From Candidatus Tenebribacter burtonii (GTDB lineage: Bacteria; Cloacimonadota; Cloacimonadia; Cloacimonadales; TCS61), in contig JAVCCF010000037.1 in NCBI GenBank assembly GCA_030765625.1, positions 1,716-65,715 of the forward strand: a stretch of 64,000 nucleotides of DNA. The letters run 5' to 3'. The notes below the pieces were generated by a model. That model saw nothing but the letters and a program-made list of their open reading frames with translations. It did no database searches and had not been told where the DNA came from. Below, in pieces: positions 10,459 to 19,788 of this stretch; the stretch's first letter is position 1, and the number at the start of each line of letters is the position of its first letter. Both the position numbers and the translations under genes were made by a program.

Positions 10459-11190
10459 ATGAAAAAGATTTTTGGATTATTAATGCTGAGTTTGGTGTTA
10501 TTTACTGTTTCATGTGATCTATTTGGACCTAATCAAGCAGGAGATGTTTTTATAGAAATTACACCTTCAACGAGTGGATATGTTTGGGAATCTGATATTG
10601 AGATCATTGTAACTTTAGATAATGAAGAAAAAGTGAATTATGTGAAGATTTTTGTGGATAATGTTGAGATTATCGAAGATCATTTATTACCTTTTAGCAA
10701 AGTTATCAGTACAAACCAGTGGCAATATGGTGAGCATACTATAAAAGCTAAAGCCTATTATGATGATGATTCAAGATCTGATAAACAAATAACAGTTTCA
10801 TATATTTGCTGTCCCATTTTTGAAGAGGATCTTATTAATATTAATGGAATAACAGAAACTAATGTGCAAGGTGAACTTATTGGTAATATTGATGAAAGTG
10901 ATTGGCATTTTGGTGATGGTATTGTTGGCACTACTTTTGGTCCTGCTTTTCCAAATCCATGTCAGCTTAGTTGCTCAATTCAGTTCAACTTAGAAGTAGA
11001 AAGTACAGTTTCTATCATAATTATTAATTCCGAAAACGAAATTATTGAAGTTTTATTAGATAATTCAACTTTAGTTGTTGGTGAGCATTATCTCCAATGG
11101 GCTGCACCTGAAAATGTGAATGATATTTTCAGGGTGATTTTTCATGCAGATGATGATTCTCATTGGCATGGAGATGTGGAAGTTCAGTAG
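10459..11190 (+). CDS. lipoprotein with Ig-like module and a degenerate T9SS-CTD-like C-terminus
   Basis: Lipobox LFTVSC. Ig-like segment VNYVKIFVDNVEII...GEHTIKAKAYYDDD. C-terminal AFPNPCQLSCSIQFNLEVESTVSIIIINSENEIIEVLL...GEHYLQW resembles the CTD but lacks the KKMxLLK tail. Confidence 0.5.
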   Translation: MKKIFGLLMLSLVLFTVSCDLFGPNQAGDVFIEITPSTSGYVWESDIEIIVTLDNEEKVNYVKIFVDNVEIIEDHLLPFSKVISTNQWQYGEHTIKAKAYYDDDSRSDKQITVSYICCPIFEEDLININGITETNVQGELIGNIDESDWHFGDGIVGTTFGPAFPNPCQLSCSIQFNLEVESTVSIIIINSENEIIEVLLDNSTLVVGEHYLQWAAPENVNDIFRVIFHADDDSHWHGDVEVQ

Positions 11191-11565
11191 ATGATCTTCG
11201 GAATTGGTATCGATAACATTGAAGTCGTACGGATTAAGAAACAGATTGATGATTCAATAAAATTCAAAGAAAAGATATTTACAGCTAAAGAAATTAAATA
11301 TTGTGAATCTAAAAAGAATTATGCTGAAAGTTATGCAGTTCGTTTCGCAGCTAAGGAAGCATTTCTAAAAGCTATTGGAACCGGCTGGAGTAACGGTATA
11401 CAATTTAAAGATATTGAGATATTGAATGATAAAAAAGGGAAACCAGTAGTTTGTCTACATGGGAAAGCAAAGCAGATAAAATTAGATAAAGAACTTGGAA
11501 ATATTCAGGTTTCATTATCGCATTTAAAAGAAATAGCTACAGCAATAATAATAGTAGAAAAATAA
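11191..11565 (+). CDS. acpS: holo-[acyl-carrier-protein] synthase
   Basis: MIFGIGIDNIEVVRI...FAAKEAFLKAIGTG; 124 aa. ATG directly abuts the previous stop. Confidence 0.85.
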   Translation: MIFGIGIDNIEVVRIKKQIDDSIKFKEKIFTAKEIKYCESKKNYAESYAVRFAAKEAFLKAIGTGWSNGIQFKDIEILNDKKGKPVVCLHGKAKQIKLDKELGNIQVSLSHLKEIATAIIIVEK

Positions 11566-11582
11566 AATTAGGAGAAAAAATT

Positions 11583-12809
11583 ATGGCACTTGAAAGATTG
11601 AATGCTGCACTGAACAAAAACTTGGAAGAATTACGTACAACAGGAAGAGATAAGGGTGCAGAGCTGATTATTAGTGAAATAAAAGAAGCAAAAGGTGAAT
11701 TTGGTCCTCGCTACAATTTGGTTGGTTACGGAGAACAGGAATTCATCAAGATGAATGCAAATTCCTATCTTGGAATGTCGATGAATCCGGAAGTTATCGA
11801 AGCTGAAGAAGCTGCTGCTCGAAAGTTTGGTGTAGGTCCTGGAGCTGTTCGTTTTATCAGTGGAACCCATACTCCACATATTGAACTTGAGAAAAAGCTT
11901 GCAGAATTTCATGAACGCGAAGCTGGTATGATATTCAGCTCTGCATATGTAACAAGTTTGGGTGTAATATATCCACTCATAACAAAAGAAACAGTTGTAG
12001 TATCTGATGCATTGAACCATAACTGTATTATTCAGGCAATGCGTCTTTCACGTCCTGCAGCCAAAATGATATATAAGCACAATGATATGGTTGATCTGGA
12101 AGCCAAAATGAATGAAGCTGTTGGAATGGGAAAACGTTGTCTGGTTATAACTGATGGAATTTTCAGTATGCGTGGAGATTTTGCACTACTCAATGAACTT
12201 ACAGAGATTTGTGCTAAATTCGATGATAAATTTGAGGAAGGTGTTATAACTATTGCTGATGACTCTCATGGTGTGGGCGCTTTTGGAAAAACAGGTAGAG
12301 GAACTGAGGAATTCACAGGAGCAAAAGTTGATATTTTAATAGGAACTTTAGGAAAGGCTTTTGGTGTTAATGGTGGTTATGTAGTAGCTTCTAAAACTGT
12401 ATTAGATTATCTGCGTGAATCTGCTCCAATGTATATTTATTCTAATCCGATAACATGCTCAGAAGCTGTAGCTACATTAAAAGTTTTAGAAATTGTGAAC
12501 AGCGATTTTGGTATAAAAAGATTAGCACACCTTGCTGCTATGACAAAAAAATTCGAGGATGGATTAACTGCTTTAGGCTTTGAAACAATTGAAGGACCAC
12601 ACCCGGTTGTTCCATTAATGGTACGTGATACAGCAGAAACTACAAAACTGGTTGATTATCTTACAAAAAATGGTGTTTTGGGAACTGGTTTGAATTTTCC
12701 GGTTGTTCCAAAAGGTGATGAAGAGATTAGATTCCAGGTTAATGCAGATCATACTGAAGCTGATATAAATAAAGTACTGGAAATCTTGAAACAATATAAA
12801 AATTTATAA
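11583..12809 (+). CDS. kbl: glycine C-acetyltransferase (2-amino-3-ketobutyrate CoA ligase)
   Basis: Alpha-oxoamine synthase family. DDSHGVG and the PLP-lysine context GTLGKAFG. 408 aa. Linked to tdh. Confidence 0.8.
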   Translation: MALERLNAALNKNLEELRTTGRDKGAELIISEIKEAKGEFGPRYNLVGYGEQEFIKMNANSYLGMSMNPEVIEAEEAAARKFGVGPGAVRFISGTHTPHIELEKKLAEFHEREAGMIFSSAYVTSLGVIYPLITKETVVVSDALNHNCIIQAMRLSRPAAKMIYKHNDMVDLEAKMNEAVGMGKRCLVITDGIFSMRGDFALLNELTEICAKFDDKFEEGVITIADDSHGVGAFGKTGRGTEEFTGAKVDILIGTLGKAFGVNGGYVVASKTVLDYLRESAPMYIYSNPITCSEAVATLKVLEIVNSDFGIKRLAHLAAMTKKFEDGLTALGFETIEGPHPVVPLMVRDTAETTKLVDYLTKNGVLGTGLNFPVVPKGDEEIRFQVNADHTEADINKVLEILKQYKNL

Positions 12810-12841
12810 TACGCACAGATAGATTATTTTTATAGCAATTA

Positions 12842-12873
12842 ATGGCTCAAGATTACTTGAGCCATTTGTTATT
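12842..12873 (+). terminator. intrinsic terminator after kbl
   Basis: Perfect 10-bp stem ATGGCTCAAG / CTTGAGCCAT, loop ATTA, then TTGTTATT. Confidence 0.7.
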
Positions 12874-12952
12874 CCATGCTCCAAATTATATAATTCTTGA
12901 CACTACACTTGATATAAACGAATAAATAACATATTACAAAAGAGGATATAAT

Positions 12953-14494
12953 ATGGGATATGAAAATGCAACACGATCACTTACCAAAGTGATTGAGATG
13001 AAAAACATTACCAAAAAATTTGGAGATTTTGTAGCAAATGATTCGGTCAATCTTGATATTTTCAAAGGAAAAGTCCATGCTTTGCTGGGTGAAAACGGAG
13101 CAGGAAAATCCACCTTGATGAATATTTTGTATGGTTTATATAGTCCCACTTCCGGTGAAATATTGATAAATGGGAAAAAGGTAAATATCACAAATCCCAA
13201 TATTGCCATAGATCATGGAATTGGGATGGTTCACCAGCACTTTATGCTTATAACACCTTTTACAGTAGCACAGAATATCATCTTAGGTAGAGAACCAACG
13301 TCTAAAATGAGTGTACTTAATATGAAGAAAGCACTCATGGATGTTAAGGAAATATCTGAACGTTACGGGCTTTATGTAGATCCTAATGCTAAGGTCGAGG
13401 ATATTTCTGTTGGAATGCAGCAAAGGGTTGAAATACTAAAAGCATTGTACCGTGGAGCTGAAATTTTGATACTTGACGAACCAACAGCTGTTCTTACACC
13501 ACAGGAGATCGTTGAGCTTATCCAGATAATTAAAAATCTTACAAAAGAAGGGAAATCAATTATTCTTATTAGCCATAAACTTAAAGAAATAACAGAGGCT
13601 GCAGATTTTTGTTTGATTATAAGACGTGGAAAACATATTGATACTGTTGTGGTTTCAGAAACAGATGAAGCGGGATTAGCCTCTAAAATGGTTGGAAGAG
13701 AAGTAAGTTTTAGTGTTGCCAAAGAAGACAAAGAAGCTGGTGATGAGATATTCTCAATCAAAGATCTTGTTGTTAAAGATAATAGAGGTATTATTGCTGT
13801 TGATAAACTTAATCTTTCTCTTAAGAAAGGTGAAATATTTGGATTAGCAGGAATTGATGGGAACGGGCAAACTGAATTACTGGAAGCGATTACAGGTCTT
13901 AGAAAAGTTGAATCAGGTCAAATTATGATCAACGGTAAAGACATAACAAATAATACACCTTTCCAAGTTATTAGTAAAAAGATCTCACATATTCCGGAAG
14001 ATAGACAGAAACGGGGTTTGGTTTTAGATTTTGATATTTCGGAAAATACAATTTTAGAGAATTATTATAAAAATCCATTTGCCAGAAAAGGAATTCTTCA
14101 ATACAAAAATATTAAAGTTTATGCCAAGGAGTTGATTAATAAATTTGATGTTCGTCCAAAGGATGAAGCAAAGATGGCAAGAACTCTTTCCGGTGGTAAT
14201 CAACAGAAGGTGATCATTGCAAGAGAAGTATCAAATAACCCGGATCTACTTATTGCAGCTCAGCCAACAAGAGGTCTTGATGTTGGAGCAATAGAATTTG
14301 TTCATAAATCATTAATTGAACAACGCGATAACGATAAAGCAGTTTTCTTGATCTCTTTTGAATTGGATGAGATCATGAATGTTTCAGATAGAATAGCTGT
14401 TATTTATGAAGGTAAGATAGTTGGAATTGAGGATGCAAAAGATGCTAAGATTGAAACATTAGGATTGATGATGGCAGGCGGAGGCAACAAATGA
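12953..14494 (+). CDS. ABC transporter ATP-binding protein, duplicated ATPase (BMP/nucleoside-sugar type)
   Basis: Walker A GENGAGKST. Second half carries LSGGNQQKV. 513 aa. Confidence 0.9.
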   Translation: MGYENATRSLTKVIEMKNITKKFGDFVANDSVNLDIFKGKVHALLGENGAGKSTLMNILYGLYSPTSGEILINGKKVNITNPNIAIDHGIGMVHQHFMLITPFTVAQNIILGREPTSKMSVLNMKKALMDVKEISERYGLYVDPNAKVEDISVGMQQRVEILKALYRGAEILILDEPTAVLTPQEIVELIQIIKNLTKEGKSIILISHKLKEITEAADFCLIIRRGKHIDTVVVSETDEAGLASKMVGREVSFSVAKEDKEAGDEIFSIKDLVVKDNRGIIAVDKLNLSLKKGEIFGLAGIDGNGQTELLEAITGLRKVESGQIMINGKDITNNTPFQVISKKISHIPEDRQKRGLVLDFDISENTILENYYKNPFARKGILQYKNIKVYAKELINKFDVRPKDEAKMARTLSGGNQQKVIIAREVSNNPDLLIAAQPTRGLDVGAIEFVHKSLIEQRDNDKAVFLISFELDEIMNVSDRIAVIYEGKIVGIEDAKDAKIETLGLMMAGGGNK

Positions 14495-15636
14495 AAATAA
14501 AATTTAAAGAACTAAGAAAGAGTATTTATATTTTTGCCACCGAAAAAACAATTGGATTTACTTTGATTTCTATTTTTCTTGGACTTGTGGTAGGTGCAAT
14601 TTTTCTTGTTGCTGCAGGGTTTAATCCATTTCAAGCTTATTGGATAATGCTGATAGGCATATTCTCAAAACCTAGTTACATCTCTTATACGATCATTCGT
14701 GCAACTCCTTTGATCCTAACCGGGCTTTCAATAGCATTTGCCTTCAAAACAGGTTTATTTAATATTGGAGCTGAGGGACAATTCATTATCGGCTCAGTTG
14801 CTGCAACAGCAACAGGTTATTTCTTGCATTTACCTTTATTAATACATATTCCAGTAGTAATAATTTCAGCAGTTATTGCTGCAGGCGTATGGGGCGGAAT
14901 TGCCGGATATTTCAAAGCGAAATTTGGTGTACATGAAGTAATATCGACAATTATGCTTAATTGGATAGCACTATATTTCCAAAATTTTCTCATCTATACC
15001 AAAGGATTTCAGAAACCGGGAGGAGAAACTTCATATTCCATCCAGCCTACGGCAAATATGATGATCCTAAAAACTTGGAAACAATCTGAGGCTGGTCGCG
15101 AATGGTTATTGCAGCATCCATTCTGGAAAGATCTTTTAAGAACACCAATGAACTGGGGTTTTATTATTGCTATTCTAATGGCAATATTAGTTTGGTTTGT
15201 TTTGAATAAAACTGCTCTTGGTTATAGATTACGGGCAGTTGGTTTTAATAAATTTGCAGCTGAATATGGTGGAATAAATGTAAATAAAAATATAATAATA
15301 TCAATGTTCATCGCTGGAGCATTGGCAGGTTTAGCTGGAGCCTTACAAGTTGTTGGAGTATCACACAAAGTAACACTGATTGCAGCTATGGAAGGTTATG
15401 GTTTCGATGGTATTGCCGTTGCTCTTATTGCTAACAGTAATGCACTAGGATGTATATTAGCGGGATTATTATTTGGAGCTCTGAAGTATGGTGGTACAAA
15501 AATTCAGATGTTTCCTGTAAAAGCACCTTCAGAAGTTATTAGTATTATGATAGGTTCCATAGTCTTTTTTATCTCAATACCAAAACTGATTAAAGTTATC
15601 TTATCAAGAAAAAATAAAAAAGGGGGTACAAAATGA
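14491..15636 (+). CDS. ABC transporter permease (BMP-family system)
   Basis: Polytopic membrane protein. ATGA start/stop overlap with the ATPase gene. Confidence 0.85.
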   Translation: MKIKFKELRKSIYIFATEKTIGFTLISIFLGLVVGAIFLVAAGFNPFQAYWIMLIGIFSKPSYISYTIIRATPLILTGLSIAFAFKTGLFNIGAEGQFIIGSVAATATGYFLHLPLLIHIPVVIISAVIAAGVWGGIAGYFKAKFGVHEVISTIMLNWIALYFQNFLIYTKGFQKPGGETSYSIQPTANMMILKTWKQSEAGREWLLQHPFWKDLLRTPMNWGFIIAILMAILVWFVLNKTALGYRLRAVGFNKFAAEYGGINVNKNIIISMFIAGALAGLAGALQVVGVSHKVTLIAAMEGYGFDGIAVALIANSNALGCILAGLLFGALKYGGTKIQMFPVKAPSEVISIMIGSIVFFISIPKLIKVILSRKNKKGGTK

Positions 15637-16583
15637 TAGATACAATATTGAGCAATATTGCCTTAATAATCGGTACAACTTTAATGTATTCAACACCCCT
15701 TATTTATACATCTCTTGGCGGTGTCCTCTCAGAAAATTCAGGAGTGATCAATATCGGTTTGGAAGGAATGATGATTATCGGAGCTTTTGCCGGTGCAGCA
15801 ATTGGATACTTTGTTGGAGATCCATGGATTGCTTTTATCGGTGCAGGAATTGTCGGTGGTTTATTCGGACTTCTTCATGCTTTTGCCTGTGTTACATTTG
15901 GTGCAAATCAGGTTGTTTCAGGAATAGCAATTAATTTCTTGGGGGCTGGTATCGCTCTATTTCTAAGCCGGATGTTGTTTGAAGGTGCCACAATGACAAA
16001 ATCAATTGCTCTCGATAATAAAATGCCAAGACCATTAAATGGAGTTTTCCATGATGGATCCTTTTTGAACATTATTTTTAATAATCAATATGCAACAGTT
16101 TATCTGGCATTTATCATGGTCTTTTTGATCTGGTTCTTTATGTATAAAACAAAATATGGTTTGAGATTAAGATCAGTAGGAGAACATCCAACGGCAGCTG
16201 ATACTTTGGGAATAAATGTTATAAAGATTCGTTATCTTGCTGTAATTATGTCAGGTGTTTTCTCCGGATTTGGAGGAGCAGCTATGAGTCTGGCAATAGT
16301 ATCGAATTTTAGACCTACTTTAGTATCTGGACATGGATTCATTGCACTAGCAGCAATGATATTTGGGAAATGGAAGCCACAAGGAGCTTTGCTGGCATGT
16401 CTTCTCTTTGGTGGTGCTCAGGGTTTAGCAGTATTCTTAGGACAATTTGATTTTGAAATATCTTCTCAATTAATAAGTATGTTGCCATATGTGATCACAA
16501 TTGTTGTTCTTATAGGTTTTGTAGGAAAGTCTGCGGCACCATCAGCTGATGGTATTCCATATGAAAGAGAACAGAAAAATTAA
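15633..16583 (+). CDS. ABC transporter permease (BMP-family system)
   Basis: Polytopic membrane protein, translationally coupled to the upstream permease. Confidence 0.85.
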   Translation: MIDTILSNIALIIGTTLMYSTPLIYTSLGGVLSENSGVINIGLEGMMIIGAFAGAAIGYFVGDPWIAFIGAGIVGGLFGLLHAFACVTFGANQVVSGIAINFLGAGIALFLSRMLFEGATMTKSIALDNKMPRPLNGVFHDGSFLNIIFNNQYATVYLAFIMVFLIWFFMYKTKYGLRLRSVGEHPTAADTLGINVIKIRYLAVIMSGVFSGFGGAAMSLAIVSNFRPTLVSGHGFIALAAMIFGKWKPQGALLACLLFGGAQGLAVFLGQFDFEISSQLISMLPYVITIVVLIGFVGKSAAPSADGIPYEREQKN

Positions 16584-16681
16584 TGTTTATCACTTGACAT
16601 TATAAGCAGCATAAAAGTGTTTTGGAAATAATAAAAAATACTACTGGAAGGTAGCTTAAAAAAATAGGAAAGGAGATGCAA

Positions 16682-17692
16682 ATGTTAAAACGAATTATTA
16701 CGATTTTTGTTATTGTACTGTTTGTGATATCTGTTGTTAGTTGTGGGCAGGCAAAAAAAGAATCAGGTATTAAGATTGCAATGGTAACCGATGTTGGTGG
16801 AGTAAATGATCAATCATTTAATCAATCAGCTTGGGAAGGATTAAAAAAAGCTGAAAAAGAATTCGCTATTTCTGTAGATTATCTTGAGTCAAATCAGGAT
16901 GCAGATTATGCACCCAACATGGAAACATTGCTTGATGCCGGAAATAATTTGATTTGGGGTATCGGTTTTAAAATGGGTGATACCATTAAAGAAAAGGCTC
17001 TGGAGAATCCAGAACAAAATTATGCTATAATTGACTATGCTTATGGTGAAGAAACTCCAGCAAATTTAGTTGGTGTTGTTTTTAAAGAGCAAGAGCCATC
17101 ATTCTTGGTTGGTTACATTGCAGGTAGAATGACCAAAACAAACAAAGTTGGTTTTGTTGGTGGAATGAAATTCCCACTTATTGAAAAGTTTGAATATGGT
17201 TTCAAAGCTGGTGTAAAATTAGCAAATCCTGATGTAGAGATTTTTGCACAATATGCTGATTCTTTTACAGATGCTGCAAAAGGCAAAGCTATTGCAAATC
17301 AGATGTATAAAAATGATGCAGACATAGTATATCATGCTGCTGGTGGTGTTGGTGATGGTGTTATTGAAGCTGCAAAAGAACAAGATAAATTTGCTATTGG
17401 TGTTGATAGAGACCAAAATTCACTTGCTCCTGAGCATGTGATCACATCAGCTATGAAAAGAGTTGATAATGCAATTTTCAATGTAGCTGCACTTTTAGTT
17501 AAAGGTGAATTCCCTGGTGGAACAACTGTTAGCTATGGTTTAAAAGAAGGTGGAGTTGGAATTGCACCTACATCCTATAAACTTGTTCCTGCTGAGATAT
17601 TAGAAGAAGTTGAAGAACTTAAAGCTAAAGTTATTTCTGGGGAGATTGTTGTTCCAAGTACACCAGATACTTTTGCAGAATGGATGAAGTAA
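16682..17692 (+). CDS. BMP-family (Med/PnrA-like) substrate-binding lipoprotein
   Basis: ATG 16682 lies 6 nt after AGGAG. Lipobox VVSCG. IAMVTDVGGVNDQSFNQSAWEGL signature. Confidence 0.85.
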   Translation: MLKRIITIFVIVLFVISVVSCGQAKKESGIKIAMVTDVGGVNDQSFNQSAWEGLKKAEKEFAISVDYLESNQDADYAPNMETLLDAGNNLIWGIGFKMGDTIKEKALENPEQNYAIIDYAYGEETPANLVGVVFKEQEPSFLVGYIAGRMTKTNKVGFVGGMKFPLIEKFEYGFKAGVKLANPDVEIFAQYADSFTDAAKGKAIANQMYKNDADIVYHAAGGVGDGVIEAAKEQDKFAIGVDRDQNSLAPEHVITSAMKRVDNAIFNVAALLVKGEFPGGTTVSYGLKEGGVGIAPTSYKLVPAEILEEVEELKAKVISGEIVVPSTPDTFAEWMK

Positions 17693-17721
17693 ATTTAATA
17701 AATTGTAACTTATTATAATTT

Positions 17722-17753
17722 GGAAGCCCCAACTATCGGGGCTTCCTTTCTTT
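17722..17753 (+). terminator. intrinsic terminator
   Basis: Perfect 9-bp stem GGAAGCCCC / GGGGCTTCC, then TTTCTTT. Confidence 0.8.
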
Positions 17754-17769
17754 ATAAAAAGGAAAATAA

Positions 17770-18600
17770 ATGAGTAAAACAGGAATATTGTTTATTGTTC
17801 CAACACCGATAGGAAATTTAGCAGATATTACTTTTAGAGCAATTGATATTCTAAAAAAAGTCTCATTGATCGGTGCAGAAGATACTCGGAATTCCAAGAA
17901 ACTATTGAAACATTATGATATTAATACGCCAATGATAAGTTATCATAAATTCAATGAACGTAAGCGAGTAGATCAGTTATTAGATAGATTGCAAAATGGT
18001 GAAGATATAGCAATAATATCAGATGCTGGAACTCCTGGGATATCTGATCCATCCAGTATTATTATAAAGGAAACTATAAATTGTGGAATAAAAATAGAAG
18101 TATTACCTGGTGCAACAGCGTTCATTCCAGCTTTAGTTGCATCTGGGTTGAATTGTGAAAGATTTCAATTTATTGGTTTCTTACCAGAAAAAAACAAAAC
18201 TCGAGAAATATTATTGGAAAATATTAAAAGTAATGAAAATACTTTAATTTTTTATGAAGCTCCTCATAAATTACACAAATCCCTAAAATATTTATTTGGT
18301 TATTTGGGAGATCGTAAAATTTCTATTGTTCGCGAAATTTCTAAAATTTACGAAAACCATTATAGAACAACATTAAAGGATATTGTTAAAAACCCAGAGC
18401 AAATTATTGCAAAGGGTGAGTTTGTGATCATTGTAGAAGGCTCACAAAAAAGCATAATCACTGACAGTGAATTAAGTGATAAACTTATTAAATTATTAAA
18501 AAAAGGTGAAACAAAGAAAACAGCCATAAAAAGTGTTACAAACGAAACAGGTGAGCAGAAGAATAGAATATATCAACTGGCTTTAGAATTGCATGAATAA
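17770..18600 (+). CDS. rsmI: 16S rRNA (cytidine1402-2'-O)-methyltransferase
   Basis: Tetrapyrrole-methylase fold. LFIVPTPIGNLADITFRAIDILK...GAEDTR...ISDAGTPGISDP. Confidence 0.9.
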   Translation: MSKTGILFIVPTPIGNLADITFRAIDILKKVSLIGAEDTRNSKKLLKHYDINTPMISYHKFNERKRVDQLLDRLQNGEDIAIISDAGTPGISDPSSIIIKETINCGIKIEVLPGATAFIPALVASGLNCERFQFIGFLPEKNKTREILLENIKSNENTLIFYEAPHKLHKSLKYLFGYLGDRKISIVREISKIYENHYRTTLKDIVKNPEQIIAKGEFVIIVEGSQKSIITDSELSDKLIKLLKKGETKKTAIKSVTNETGEQKNRIYQLALELHE

Positions 18601-18670
18601 TAATTTGACTTAATGTAGCTGTAATAATTTTTTTGAAAAAAATAATGAGTTCTGCATAATAGAGTGTTTT

Positions 18671-18772
18671 TGTTATCCTGACGGATATTGCACGTTCTTC
18701 TTTGGAAGTATCTCCGCTTATAATGAGATTCTTCGTGAGAGAATTCCCGAAGATCTCCTCAGAAAGATAACA
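18671..18772. repeat. palindromic intergenic element (TGTYATCCYGA-end family), copy E1
   Basis: 5' end TGTTATCCTGACGG pairs with 3' end CCTCAGAAAGATAACA (outer 7 bp, then CTGA/TCAG, then GGA/TCC). About 100 bp. Shares TCCCGAAGAT with E2. Confidence 0.5.
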
Positions 18773-18822
18773 TTATTTCATTTTACAGAACCTTTAAAAA
18801 AATAAAATATGGAGGATTAGAT

Positions 18823-19149
18823 ATGTTCCCAGGTGGAAAAAAAGGAATGAAAGACCTTATGAAACAGGCTAAGAAAATGCAGGATGAGATGATGAAAACT
18901 CAGGAAGAACTGGCAAATAAAATTGTAGAAGGAACTTCCGGAGGTGGAATGGTTAAGGCGCAGATGAATGGTAGAAATCAACTCATCTCTTTAAATATTG
19001 ATAAAGAAGTTGTAGATCCTGAAGATATTGAAATGCTTGAAGACTTAATAATTGCCGCTGTTAACGAAGCTCATGAAAAAATTGCAAAATCCAGTGAAGA
19101 AGAAATGGGTAAACTTACAGGTGGTCTTAAAATACCAGGAATGTTTTAA
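18823..19149 (+). CDS. ybaB: nucleoid-associated protein YbaB/EbfC
   Basis: 108 aa. MKQAKKMQDEM...GGGMVKAQMNG. Adjacent to recR. Confidence 0.9.
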   Translation: MFPGGKKGMKDLMKQAKKMQDEMMKTQEELANKIVEGTSGGGMVKAQMNGRNQLISLNIDKEVVDPEDIEMLEDLIIAAVNEAHEKIAKSSEEEMGKLTGGLKIPGMF

Positions 19150-19188
19150 TATTATTGAGATAATCTTTAAAATAAGAGGTAAAACAAA

Positions 19189-19788
19189 ATGTTTAATGGC
19201 TTTTTAGAAGATCTTGTAAACAATTTAAAGAAACTACCTGGAATTGGCTCAAAAACAGCTCAGCGATTGGCAATACATCTGATCAGCAAAGAAAAAGCAG
19301 ATGCAATAAATCTGGCTGAATCCATAAAAGATGCAGTACAAAGTTACAAACATTGTTCAATCTGTAATATGCTTTCTGAAACAGATCCTTGTTTGTTTTG
19401 TGAAGATTCTACAAGAATGGAAAATGTTATCTGTGTTGTAGAAAATACTCAAGATGCTTATTTAATAGAGAATCTACATGAATTTAGAGGTAGATATTTT
19501 GTTTTGAACGAACTGCTTTCTCCTCTAGACGGAATTGGTCCGGAAGAAATTAATTTTCCAAAATTAGAAAGGATCATTAATTCAGGTGAAATAAATGAAA
19601 TAATTTTAGCCCTTAATCCTTCTGCTGAAGGTGAGAGTACTATCAATTTTTTAGCATCACAATTTGAAGTTAAGAATATTAAGATAACAAGACTTTCTAC
19701 AGGTTTGCCATTTGGCGGAGACATCGAGTATACCAGCTCACTCACTTTGAGTAATGCTTTTAAAAGAAGATATTCGGTAACTGAATAG
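19189..19788 (+). CDS. recR: recombination protein RecR
   Basis: KLPGIGSKTAQRLA helix-hairpin-helix, Cys4 zinc finger CSICNMLSETDPCLFC, Toprim segment. Confidence 0.95.
   Translation: MFNGFLEDLVNNLKKLPGIGSKTAQRLAIHLISKEKADAINLAESIKDAVQSYKHCSICNMLSETDPCLFCEDSTRMENVICVVENTQDAYLIENLHEFRGRYFVLNELLSPLDGIGPEEINFPKLERIINSGEINEIILALNPSAEGESTINFLASQFEVKNIKITRLSTGLPFGGDIEYTSSLTLSNAFKRRYSVTE

Noticed and set aside
18601-18822. SRP (4.5S) RNA or another conserved ncRNA upstream of ybaB-recR, and at 57504-57668 upstream of dnaX
   Set aside because: ffs often neighbours dnaX/ybaB. Neither region contains the conserved SRP domain IV helix motifs or a GC-rich extended helix. 18671-18772 is better explained as a member of the palindromic repeat family.
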